DNA of 62,445 nucleotides, filler included. It is 6 parts of 6 records of this genome, joined end to end, with 100 filler letters (N's around TTAATTAATTAA, not from the genome) between each part and the next. Parts side by side here need not be neighbours in the genome. Positions count along the whole stretch, not along the records: positions 14,885 to 27,473 come from DRR378314_1092; positions 27,574 to 35,054 come from DRR378314_1093; positions 35,155 to 54,475 come from DRR378314_1094; 3 more parts are not named here. One strand, 5' to 3'. The notes under the pieces were generated by a model. That model ran no database searches, was not told where the DNA came from, and worked only from the letters and a program-made list of their open reading frames with translations. The position numbers were made by a program, and so were the translations under genes. This document shows, in pieces, positions 26,490-37,445 of the stretch (positions are counted from its first letter, which is position 1; every line of letters starts with the position of its first letter).

Positions 26490-27473
26490 GTAAGGCAGAG
26501 CGTACACACAGCACGCAAGCTCTCTCCGTTTTTCTCGTGATGTACGTGAGGGAGGGATCCGTGATGCGTAGTGAGATGGGTACGTGTGCGCTGGGTTTGC
26601 GCAGGGAGAGATCGCCAGGTTTGCACCGCGCACGGCTGCTCGGTGCGCGCGCTGGAGCGGCGCTCGTAAATATACAGAGAGAAATACATAGCCACCAGAA
26701 ACGTTACCGCCGCCGCCGCGCCCCCACCAGCAACGCCGCACGGAAGCCGTCGTGCTCGCCGTGGAACCAGCACGTGTCGCACGCGTCGCCGCTGTATCGG
26801 TACGCGCCGTGTGCGGTGTACGGTGCAGCTGGGGGTATTGCAGGTGAAGGCGCGTCGGGCGCGAGGTCCCGCTGGGCTCCTACTGGCAGCAGGATGCCGC
26901 AGATCCAGATTGCAGAACCGTCTCCCTGCGATCAGGCCGGAGAAAAGAAGAGCGCTACTTTTTGAAATACTGCAAGACGCTGTGCTTCAACTTCTATGTT
27001 CGCGGAGACACACACACGCGCGCGAGCGCGCGCACGTGCGTGCAGATTGCAGAGCGTACAGAACAAGCTACGATTTCCACTCCCTCTTCTGCATACCGGG
27101 GGCGTACAGCAGCGCAATGGATGTATGCGAGATGCCCGCTGCCAGAGAAGGGGGCAGGCAGCAGCGATGTATGCTGATCAAAGCCGCTTCACTCGTGCAA
27201 CGTCCAGCGCAGCCAAGTTGATGCTTCTTCAGAAAACTGTGCTCCTCAGTTGAGATCCAGAGCAGGCCGCGCAGTCAATAGTCAAGGCGTGGACAATAGC
27301 CTCGCCAAAAAAATGTGCTCGACAAGAGACGGTGCTCAGCCAGCAAGCTGCAGGCTACGACACATAAACGAAATCGAGCCGGCGGGCCTTCCGCTGTGAT
27401 CGAGAATGCTCTCATCCGCTCCCTCACGCTTATGTCGCCAGAATAGCTGGGAATTGCTGGCAGTGGGAGCCTT

Positions 27474-27573
27474 NNNNNNNNNNNNNNNNNNNNNNNNNNN
27501 NNNNNNNNNNNNNNNNNTTAATTAATTAANNNNNNNNNNNNNNNNNNNNNNNNNNNNNNNNNNNNNNNNNNNN
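27474..27573. other. Artificial contig linker
   Basis: N44-TTAATTAATTAA-N44. Confidence 0.99.
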
Positions 27574-27606
27574 CAGAGCACGCGGTTCCTACTGTTTCTA
27601 TTATAG

Positions 27607-29221
27607 ATGAAACAAATACGGATATTCAAGTCAAAAGCCCACCTGGCACAGCGTCCGTGGAGAATGGTCTAGCAATATGCAATCCCCCGAGTTCAGAACC
27701 GAATTCACAGAGCGCGGGAAGGCGCTCAGCATTCCTGGAGCCCCTGAAGGAGGACGGCTCGGCCCACTTCTCCGTGCCCCCAAGTTCAAAGGAGGAAGTA
27801 GCGAAAACTCTTTCTGCAGATGAGATGGAAGAGCCAACGGCTGTGCTACGAACGTCGAATTCGGATAGAAACTCATTGACTCGCAATACCCAGCTGGAAT
27901 CCCGCGAACCCTCATCGCAAGACACGGATGAACCGCAGCATGCAACGGGGCAGGGTGGCGAACACGAGCGGCCTGCGCCAGTTCCAGATACGACGGTGTC
28001 AGCAAGGACAGCGCAGGGTTTGACCTTGAAGGACAATACTTCACCGCAAAAAACAGCAAGGAATGAAAAGGCCGCCGCAGATCAACGGGGAAATACTGTC
28101 GATCGGGACCAGCAAAGTAGCGAACCCGGTGCTGCGACACCAAGGTGGAACTTTGAAGAGTACCTGGAACGGACGCGTGAGCGACGGCAGATAGAGGTCA
28201 GCACCGCCCGCACTGGCCAAAACACCTCTTTTGTGTACGATGATTTATTGTCTACACCAAGTGTCGTTGCTTATCGCGATCTGGAAACAGGCCTAACACA
28301 CTGAATAGCGAGTGGGCAATCTGCGTGGCCAGCGCCTCATCCCTCTAATGCGGTGGACAGTTTGTGGATTCGCAAAGCAGCAGAAAGCAACTCTGTCGTG
28401 GACCACACGAAGTACAACATGTCCTGTGACGACGGCCGGACGAAGGTCACCCTACTTTCGTAAAGAAATGAACCACAAGGGCTAACCTCGCTTTTGTGTA
28501 CAGAATGCATTCATTTATCAGTACAGCCTAGTCTTTCGCTTACCCAACGGTCCATTCTCTCTTGCGCGCACCAGATCGGCGCGGAGCAGCAGGACGAGGA
28601 AGGCGTTGCGAGTACACCTACCCAGCGATTCGAAAGCTCAGCCTCATCCTCAAGTTTGTCAATGTGCGTTTCCCCTTTTCCGCGTAGAATTGTGATTCTC
28701 ACCGTAAGCTACAGAATGAAGTTGACTGGCTTCGGCAGAATCAAGCGTGTTGCAGAACCCGGCAAATCATGCGAACCACCAAGGCTCCCTGAGAGTGCGG
28801 GATTACTCTCTTTTCCCCTACCACGAAACACCGCGTAATATGCAACGCGGGCGCATCAGCTTGTGCTTGCAGTGTGGATTGATGTGCCAGTGACAACCTA
28901 CCACCCGAGCTCCATTTCCACAAACCATAGTACCGAAAAATTAAGACGTCAATGTTTTTTATTCCAGTTAGGGCACTCTATCTCTTCACTCCGCGCATTG
29001 ACGATGCGTTCTTGTGGTGGTGCGGCGGCTATGACTGCATGGCCTGGATCGGTGCAGCGAGACCGGCCAGCTGCCAGATGAAGGGCTGTCCGACATGGAT
29101 GACTGGTGAGGCAGCGCCGATGTCTCTTCGCAAATGTCTTGCTGCGGGTACAATTGGGTTGTCAGTGGCTCGCCACGAAGAAGAGCAGGAGCTCGCGGGA
29201 AGCTCTTGCGTGTGCGATTGA
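27607..29221 (+). CDS. Hypothetical multi-exon protein with a disordered Ser/Thr/Glu-rich exon; 5'-truncated, 3' end uncertain
   Basis: A long exon 27607-28260 is followed by short GT-AG introns with CTAAC branch points (28261-28308, 28460-28503). The first demonstrably keeps the frame open. Downstream exons are tentative. Confidence 0.5.
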
Positions 29222-29879
29222 CTCTGTCTGCAGCAATCTTGCTGCTCCGCCCGCACGCCCTTGAGTACATGTACAATCGCCAAAAAAATGTTCACAACAG
29301 CAGCAAACGCTTCTCCGGGGACGGACCGTGGCGCACGAAATCAACCGCCCAGTGACAGTGAAATTCATTACAGCACTATTCCTGGAACATCACATTTCAT
29401 TCATTTCGTTCACTTCAGCCTATCCCAAGATCTGGCACTGCGCGGTTTTTCGCAGCATGTCCGACATGCGCACCAGGCGACGGAATCGGACCGCTCGCCA
29501 GGGCAGGGCAGCAAGCTCTCAAGAAATGCTTCATACAAAGCAGATGCAGGGCAAAAATCCCACGACTGAATTGACCCAACCGCAACAAAGAGCACAAAGA
29601 GTAGGGGACTCTGGGATGATGTTCATCGAAGCGATAGCGAATCAGAGGCGATAGTGTGGCAATATCCTGCTTCGCGTCGCCTGCAAGAAGCTCAACGCGC
29701 GCAGCGGAAACAACACGAGGCACTTCAAGCAAGTCGTGGTAGATAGAGCCGTCGACCGCGAAAAGCAGCTCCGCACCACAAGTGAAACATGCCTTGCCAG
29801 CGCGCACACACCCATTAGCGGTGAGCAAGGGCATACTTTCGTATTTGCTATGCCCCCAAACTAGAGTCCGCAGAGTCCG

Positions 29880-31747
29880 CTACTCAACAATGAGTTCGCT
29901 CACGGACCAGTCCTCGTACGAGCCGTCCGGCATATACCGTCGGATAATCATAGGGATTTTTCCCTCTCGCATTTCTTTGGAAGCGATTTCCAGAGGATCC
30001 GTTTCACCCTCGAGTTGTACCATAACTGGGGCATTCATGCTGATTTGCAGCGCACGCGTTCCGAGCACGCGCGCGCGCTCGTATTTCGTCATGTACTTGG
30101 TGGTAATCCTCTCCTCTCCCAGGCGTTGCTGCATAGGTATTCCATAGCACATGTGACAGATGGACAAGAAACCAAGTTAAAAGAATAGAGTTGAAACTTT
30201 TCGCTCCACTGCACCTCCTCAATGGGACAGCTTCAATACTCGGCACCTGAGGTACTTTGTGAATCGGCAGTGGACAAGGATCACGATCGACGGAGGCGCA
30301 GCGAAACCGGCTCGCACACTCGCAAGCGCACAGCAGTCATGCGCGTTTCCTCTGGAACGATACAGCAGTGTTTCTCGTTCGCACGTCCTCTTCACATAAA
30401 ACATCATCCACAATACGCGCGTCCCACTCTGACCATCAAGGGCAATATTGCTACCGCAGGGCCAAACTGGCGGGGAGCACACAGAAGGAGCGAATGCGCC
30501 TGGGCTGACGCTGGCGAGAATCAAACCGCTCGTTGGCTATGCAGAAGCAATCGCTGTCGTGAGCTCGTCACTACAGTCAATCTCAATGGCAAGCTCCTGT
30601 GCACCCAGTGAGACTATCCTCCAAGATAAAACAGGGGTTGCAATTCACGCTTAGGCACCGGAATCCCTGACATACTTTTGCGCCTCGCTTAGCGTCCAGA
30701 GCATCGTCGCCCTCGTTGAAAACGTCGACACCGTCAAGCCCGTTTTCATCGTCGCCATTGTCGAGCTGCACGTTTGCAATCGTGATGCACCGACCGCGCG
30801 AGTTTGTAAGATACAAAGTAATACATTCGGTATGCAGTTGATCTAATCAAGATTTGTCACAGCGATACATATGAGAAAAAATAACAGAATGGAACGAAAG
30901 CACACGCTCGGTGCGAAAGAAATCCGCGTATGTCTATGAGCGCAGCAGCAAGTCGCTAGCACGACAAATCGCGGTGGCACCGCCCGTCAGTGCCTACTCT
31001 TCCTCTGCAAACAACCAATGGCTGTGTGAGCTCCCCTCGAATCAAATCCTTTTTACTCTACTCAGATACGGGTTTCTTCTCTCTGGGCACGGACGAACAA
31101 GGCACGTACGTCCCCAGCATCGTTGAATTCCGCGTCGTCGTCGAAGCCACCTCCGTGGAACTCGTCATCAGAGCTGCACCGCAGACACCAAGGGCGCACC
31201 ACAAACGAAGCAGCACAACCGTGAATCACCAGGGACAAAACTACAAAGAGGCCCAAGAGCTGGACAGAATACCCGTTTTCTGTATACCAGGAGTAATCTA
31301 ATTACCGTGGCTGGCTGCGCAAACCGAACGCTCCCAAGTTCCAGGGGCACGACGATGCCACGCTGGAGTTGCGCACGCGCTCCACCAAGAACGAGTTTGC
31401 GCCCCACTGCTCGACCGCTCGAAACTACCGCCCGCCGTACACCAACATCCTGCAAGCCGCTGTCTTCTCCATTCAAAACAGACTACATTTCCTACTACAT
31501 CAAAATATATCAAACCATCTTGCTTCAATATGTACTACAAGGGCACAGCGGCTTCGCAAAAATGCGCGCGCGGAGTCGCCTTGGTACGTCAGAGCGCACA
31601 GAACGCAAGTGCGCGTGTTCGCGAGGCGACTGACGCGGCGCATAAGACAAGTTTCCTCGTAGAAATCGTAGCGCGAGCACAAGCTCGACTGCATCCACTA
31701 CATAAAAAACGTCGACAGAGCAAAACACACCCCATGCCGTCCGCCAT
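29880..31747 (-). CDS. RPB6: RNA polymerase I/II/III common subunit RPABC2 (RPB6), 4 exons
   Basis: [19 protein letters not shown]...AGD|LDNGDD...[38 protein letters not shown]...[19 protein letters not shown]. All junctions are in frame. Confidence 0.96.
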
Positions 31748-32772
31748 GGCTGCTGCGCGTGAAACGTTGTGGGTTCGTCGAACGGGGAACTGCGGGCAGT
31801 GTGGAGAGCTAGGTCCCTCTCCCTCTCGTGCGGGCGAGAAGAAGCTCAGGCGCGCGTGCGGCGATGCCCCTCCGCCGGTGCGCGGCCGGTGGAAGCCGCA
31901 AACCTGAACCTCAAAGCGCGAACCGTGGCGAAAGATGCTGCTCGAGCGTGTTGCGCCCGGTGCAACACGTGCTTGCTGCCGCAACCCTGCTCTGACGAAA
32001 AAATTAGATTGGTGCAATGCACGATCATCCTTTCGACGCTACTGGTTCACTGTTGGTCATGCAATGGATGGCCGAATCTTCTGGGCGCATCCACAGTGCA
32101 CGCGCCTTTCGGCTGCGGTGGAAACGCGGTGCAGGGCGAGACGATCGCGCACAAAGCGCAAGTAGAACGGGCAGGGCTTGCTGGTGCGCTGCTAGGGTTT
32201 TGGAGCAGTGGACGCCAAGGTGCAGTCGTTCAGGGTGGGGCAAAGGGGGGCCTTTTTGTTGCGAGCGGCAAGCGCGCTCTCCGCCTGCGCGCGTGCGCGT
32301 GCGTGTGCGTGTGTGAGCTCGCGTAGCGACAAGCGGCAACCGGTTTACATAGCGCTGTCCTTTTGCGAGCCTCGCGTCGGGCATTCTCTGTAGTACACCG
32401 CAGAAAGTTCAACGTACGCGCAAGGGCTATCGTGTCGTGCGAGTCAGCGAGGAGAGGCTGCGCACGCACTCCACTATAGGTAGAGGGCACGTGTTCTCGC
32501 GTACGCGCAAGGTGAGCTTTGCTGTGCGGAACTGCGCCGCGTGGTGCTGCGCACGGTGACGACGGTCACGCGAACGAAACCAACGGTCTGCAGAGTTCGT
32601 CTGGTGCGCGCCTCTTTTCTTTGGATTTTGCGGTGATCGTTTTTTCTGTGCCTTGGCACTGAAGTTGAGACCGTTGCGCTTCCCGAGGCTGTGCATTGAT
32701 TGTTAAAAAAAAAATCGGTGGGGGCGCCTGTCGTGCGGGTGTTTTCTCTCCAGCGCGTACTTCGAAGCAGCC

Positions 32773-35054
32773 ATGGGTGGCGACGATCTTGTGAAGCTGC
32801 AACAGCTGTCGCTGGTGAATAAGGTGGCGGCCGAGTTGGAAAATCATATGGGCGTCCACGACCGTGTGCTTGCCGAGTTTATCATCAATTTGTCGGAACC
32901 GTGTAGTGATGCCTCGACGTTTGACGAAGCGCTGAAAGCGCAGGGCGCAGAGTTTGCCTCCGAGTTTGTCGCACATCTCTTCCGCATCATACAGAAGATG
33001 AAACCGGCCGCCGCGGCAGGCACAGCCGTCGCCGCGGCCGACGCGGTCAAAAACTCCCGTGGAGGATCTTCTTCCGGGCCCGGTGGCCACTTGGAGGATG
33101 ACCATTCTCTCGACTCTGATGGAAAGGAGAAAGAACGAGACAAACTTGCGCACTCGTTCCCTGGGCTCTCGCTGCCGAATCGCATGCCGTCCGGTCTGGA
33201 AAGCGAGCGTGCCACTCCGCGCCGCGGCGGCGACGATGAGCGCGCCGCTGTCCGCCGCGGCGCTGAGCTACACGGCTCAGCTGCTCATGCAAGCGCCACT
33301 GACCGTGAAGCACCATCTCGTTCATCTCGTGATGACGATCGCGGAAACACTCGATATGGGAGAGACGAGGATCGTAGTCGTAGTCGAGACGGGCGCAGCC
33401 GCGAGGAGCGCCGCGACCGCGACCGCGACCGAGACCGCAGCCGAGGAGAGCGCAGCGACCGGCACCGCGACCGCGACCGCGACCGCCACCATGATCGGCA
33501 CCGCGAACACGATAATCACGATCATGACAGACGCCGCAGTGATCGAGATGGGCGGCACGAGGGTGCTTCCCGAAGCGCTGATCCCCGTGTCAACCCGGAG
33601 CGCGCAGCGTTGATTCGGCGAGGGGATGGCAATCCGGCAACCGCTCCTAAAGGAGCTGGCACAGTCGAGCAGTTTTCAATCCATCGCGCCAAGGTGTCCG
33701 GCATGCAAGGCTTTGGTTGCTTTGTGCAGCTCCAAGACGTCCCTGGCGGGAGAGAAGGACTCGTGCATGTATCGCAAATCGTGCGCGAGGGCCGTATCCG
33801 CGACCCGAGTGAGGCAGTCAAGGTTGGTCAGGCCGTGTATGTCAAAGTATTGCAAGTCATGGGCCAGAAATTGTCGCTCTCGATGAAAGAGGTCGATCAG
33901 GAGACGGGGCGCGATCTTGCACCGCGCGATGCGTTTGCTAGCGGGGCAAACGATATCCGGGTGAATCCCGGCGCTCCGCGCGAACGGCGGAGAGTCACCG
34001 ACATCTCCGATGAAGCGATTGCATCGTGCGTGCCGAGCACCTCGGGGTCGTCCCGCACGCGCTCCCGCAAGCGCATGTCCTCGCCAGAACGCTGGGAGCT
34101 GAAGCAGCTCGTGCAAGCGGGCGTCCTCGATCCTCGCGAGCTGCCGAATATCGACCCAGACACTGGCGATCTGGACATTGAAGAAACGGAGGAAGAGTTC
34201 GAAATCGAGCTCAACGAAGAAGAGCCACAATTCTTGGTAGGGCAGACGACACGCACGCTCGAGTTGTCGCCGATCAAAGTCGTGCGGAACGCCGACGGGT
34301 CTATGGCACGGTCTGCGCTCACGCAGAGTGCGCTGGCGAAGGAGCGCCGCGAGCTCCGGCAGGAGCAAATGCTGGCCGAAGCCGACTCGATCCCAAGCGA
34401 CCTGAACTTGCCGTGGGAAGATCCAATGGCCAAGAACGATGATAAGTTTTTGGGCCAAGAGCTGCGGAACGCCTTTGGGCAGCGGGAAGAGATGCCGGAG
34501 TGGAAGAAGAAAGCCTTTGGCGTCGCGCCGCGATTCGGTTTCTCGCACAAGGGCAAGGGGTCAATCCAGGAGCAGCGCCAGTCGCTTCCGATCTACAAGC
34601 TGCGCGGTCCGCTGGTCCAGGCTGTCACGGAGAACCAAATGCTTGTCGTCATTGGAGAGACCGGGTCTGGGAAAACGACGCAGATGACGCAGTATTTGTA
34701 CGAAGAAGGGTTTTGCAGCAACGGCATGATTGGCTGCACGCAGCCGCGCCGTGTCGCCGCGATGAGCGTTGCGCAGCGTGTTTCGGAAGAAGTCGGATGT
34801 CGCTTGGGACAAGAGATCGGCTACGCGATCCGCTTCGAAGATTGCACCTCACCGGAGACGAAAATCAAGTACATGACCGACGGTATGCTGTTGCGTGAGG
34901 TCTTGCTTGATCGTGATCTCCGCAAGTACTCCGTCATCATGCTGGACGAGGCGCACGAGCGCACGATCCACACGGATGTCCTGTTCGGTCTGCTCAAGGA
35001 GGTCGCCGAGCGGCGCCCGGACTTCAAGCTCATCATCACGTCGGCGACTTTGGA
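32773..35054 (+). CDS. DHX8: Pre-mRNA splicing DEAH helicase PRP22/DHX8; 3'-truncated, no intron in the part seen
   Basis: N-terminal LSLVNKVAAELENHMG..DRVLAEFII, an RD/RS-rich region, an S1 domain (FGCFVQL...EGLVHVSQ), then GETGSGKT, TQPRRVAA, DEAH and SAT. Confidence 0.97.
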
Positions 35055-35154
35055 NNNNNNNNNNNNNNNNNNNNNNNNNNNNNNNNNNNNNNNNNNNNTT
35101 AATTAATTAANNNNNNNNNNNNNNNNNNNNNNNNNNNNNNNNNNNNNNNNNNNN
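35055..35154. other. Artificial contig linker
   Basis: N44-TTAATTAATTAA-N44. Confidence 0.99.
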
Positions 35155-35155
35155 G

Positions 35156-35662
35156 ATCCAGTCTTTCCACAAAATGGATCAGCCGCATGGCCAGATCAAT
35201 CCAGATAGCTTCCGCGTTCGTGAAATGGAAAAGCAAGGCGCCTTCCTGGTCATGCTGACTGGGCTGGACCGTGTGCTGATGGACATGTGTGGGACAAGCT
35301 CCGTGTTCCCCGAGGGCGACGCTGTGAACACGCCGCCAGACGGTCAGAGTGTAGCGTACGCTGCGCCCGACAGCCGCACCGACGTTTCCGGCGGGCGCGC
35401 GAAGCTCATGACAAACCGCAAGCCTGCAGATGTGTGGGCGCTCGGTGCAGTAACGCGTTTTATTTTGACCGGGCAAGAGGCCGGCGAGGGAGCCAGCGCA
35501 GCAGGCGTGGCTCACGAGCGTCTCGCGGGGATCATTTCCGACTGCACGCACACTGAGCCACTGCAGCGGCCGCTTATCAGCCAGGTCTTTGAGAAAGTTG
35601 CGCGCGTATTCACTGGTCTTGACGATGACGATGCCGACGATGACGTGTTTATTGAGGACTAG
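35156..35662 (+). CDS. C-lobe of a protein kinase-fold protein, probably a pseudokinase; 5'-truncated
   Basis: FHKMDQPHGQINPDSF (subdomain VI), YAAPD (VIII), ADVWALG (IX) and IISDC...PLQRP (XI) occur in the right order and spacing. Confidence 0.75.
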   Translation: MQSFHKMDQPHGQINPDSFRVREMEKQGAFLVMLTGLDRVLMDMCGTSSVFPEGDAVNTPPDGQSVAYAAPDSRTDVSGGRAKLMTNRKPADVWALGAVTRFILTGQEAGEGASAAGVAHERLAGIISDCTHTEPLQRPLISQVFEKVARVFTGLDDDDADDDVFIED

Positions 35663-36273
35663 ATGGTGCGGAGGAACGGTACTACAACACTTGCAAAATT
35701 GGGTCGAGGGGAGTGCGCTGGTGAGCGCACTTGTCACGCGCTCACCAGCAGCTATGGTTTTGGTGGTGGTCCTTTGGGGGATCGATTTCTGGTGTACCTG
35801 CCGCCTGCGAGGTAAATTTTTTTTGTCAAGTGGAAAATGTATGGATTTGTCTTGTCAGATCATGGCTATTGCAATGCATTGCGCCAACCGCAAGTGCAAT
35901 GTCCACTACGACGCGCATGTCGTTCGCAGAATGCCAGCCCGAAATACAAACGCTTCCTCAGAGTTTGTCTCAACCCTATGCGTAACCACAAATGTGCGGC
36001 TAGAGCTTTGCATTGTGCACTGCGCTCCGTTTCGCGACGGGTCTACTCGCACGATGTCAGCACGAGGTCAGCACGAAGTCAGCGTATTGGTGTAGCGCCA
36101 GCGAAACAGCCGCTGCCCGTCTCTCGCGTAGTATATCGAGATTTTTTTGGATTAACGACGAAGTAGAGAGCTGTGCACACGCAATTTTTTTTGCTGGATA
36201 CTCCCAGAGCGGCGTTCAGAGACTCCAGGGCGCAGTTGGGTCTGTCGACAAGAGGAGTAGAAGCGCACTGCGT

Positions 36274-36421
36274 TGGGCTGGTTGGGTCGGTTGGTTGGCT
36301 GCCTGCCTGCCTGCTTAATGGATTGCAAGTGTACGTGCTTGCTCGCGTGGCCAGTTGTTTGTGTTTTTGTCTGTGTAACTGGTTGGTCTGAAGTCTGGCT
36401 GGTTGGTTAGTTCCTTGGTTT
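36274..36421 (+). repeat. Degenerate tetranucleotide low-complexity tract (GGTT/GGCT/GCCT)
   Basis: gggctggttgggtcggttggttggctgcctgcctgcctg ... ggctggttggttagttccttggttt. Confidence 0.65.
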
Positions 36422-37445
36422 GAGCTCTTGTACAACAATGCTGCTCGTACTAGCTTGAAATCGGTTTAGATATAGCCGGGCGGGCAAATGGAAACCTAAC
36501 GTGTTGCTCTTTAAATTCGTAACCTTACTGTCGGTTGTGGCAACCTCAACGGCTATGCGGACATCTTGCACAAAGCACGCCGAATAGGCCTCTGTGTTTG
36601 CTTGGGGCGTTCCGGCGATGGTCCCATTTCTTGCGGCAGGGCTTCAGGAGGTTAGGGTGGAAAGAAAGCCCCATTCTCCTGGCACCGTGCCCATTCCGGT
36701 GTCGTGTGCACAACACACGTGCTTTCTTTTGAAATTTTAATCGCGGAGCTACATTTCTTGCACCCATAATTTGCAAAGATCGTGAGAGTGAAGAGGATTC
36801 CTTTCGCGAACAGTGGGTCCGTGTGCCCTTTGCCAAGCTGGGCTAAATTATGCGACTTTTTGCTGGGAACATCAAAATCTTTGCGGCGCGCCTTGCATTG
36901 AGCGGACCGTAGTGTGCTCAAAGTACATCATAACCACATATCCAACATCGGCGGTGCAGCTATAAAAAGTGCAAGTATTTTCCTTGCGTGCATGTGTCGC
37001 AAGGGCAGTGGGGAGGGGAGTGAGCGAGCGCTCTTGTTTGGCTGCTTCTTGGAAGAGGTGGCTTTATTCCCTGCAGTCTTGGCTGCCTTTAAGGAACCTG
37101 CGAACATCCTCCGAAGAGAACGGAAATGGAATACTCTCAATCTAAACGCACACGATACGCACAAACCACACGGCGAGAACACCCTCAGCGAACACAAGTT
37201 TGGCACACACGCACTGGGTGCATGTCATTTGAATGCCTTGTATATGCGAGCTATTGTTGAGGAGTGCGCACTGAATCATCACTGCGCGAGGAAACTAAGC
37301 ACAGCATGGGCTGTTTGGCGTGCTGTAGCATTTTCTGTTTGTTTCATGCCTGTGCACGCTGTATACGCAACGAGTGTGATGGCTGCGTAGCGAGTACTTG
37401 CTGCGCGCCGCAGTCGACTTCGCACACGGTAATTTAGCACTTGGC

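Noticed and set aside
28302-28304. In-frame TGA read-through (selenocysteine or altered genetic code)
   Set aside because: The frame stays open after the TGA, but a 48-nt GT-AG intron with a branch point removes the codon. Other genes use standard stops.
33415-33490. (GACCGC)n tandem repeat
   Set aside because: It encodes the RD dipeptide region typical of PRP22/DHX8.
33676-34556. Long antisense ORFs over PRP22 (also 18300-19283, 13701-14840, 60375-61337)
   Set aside because: These are shadow ORFs opposite well-supported GC-rich genes and carry no motifs.
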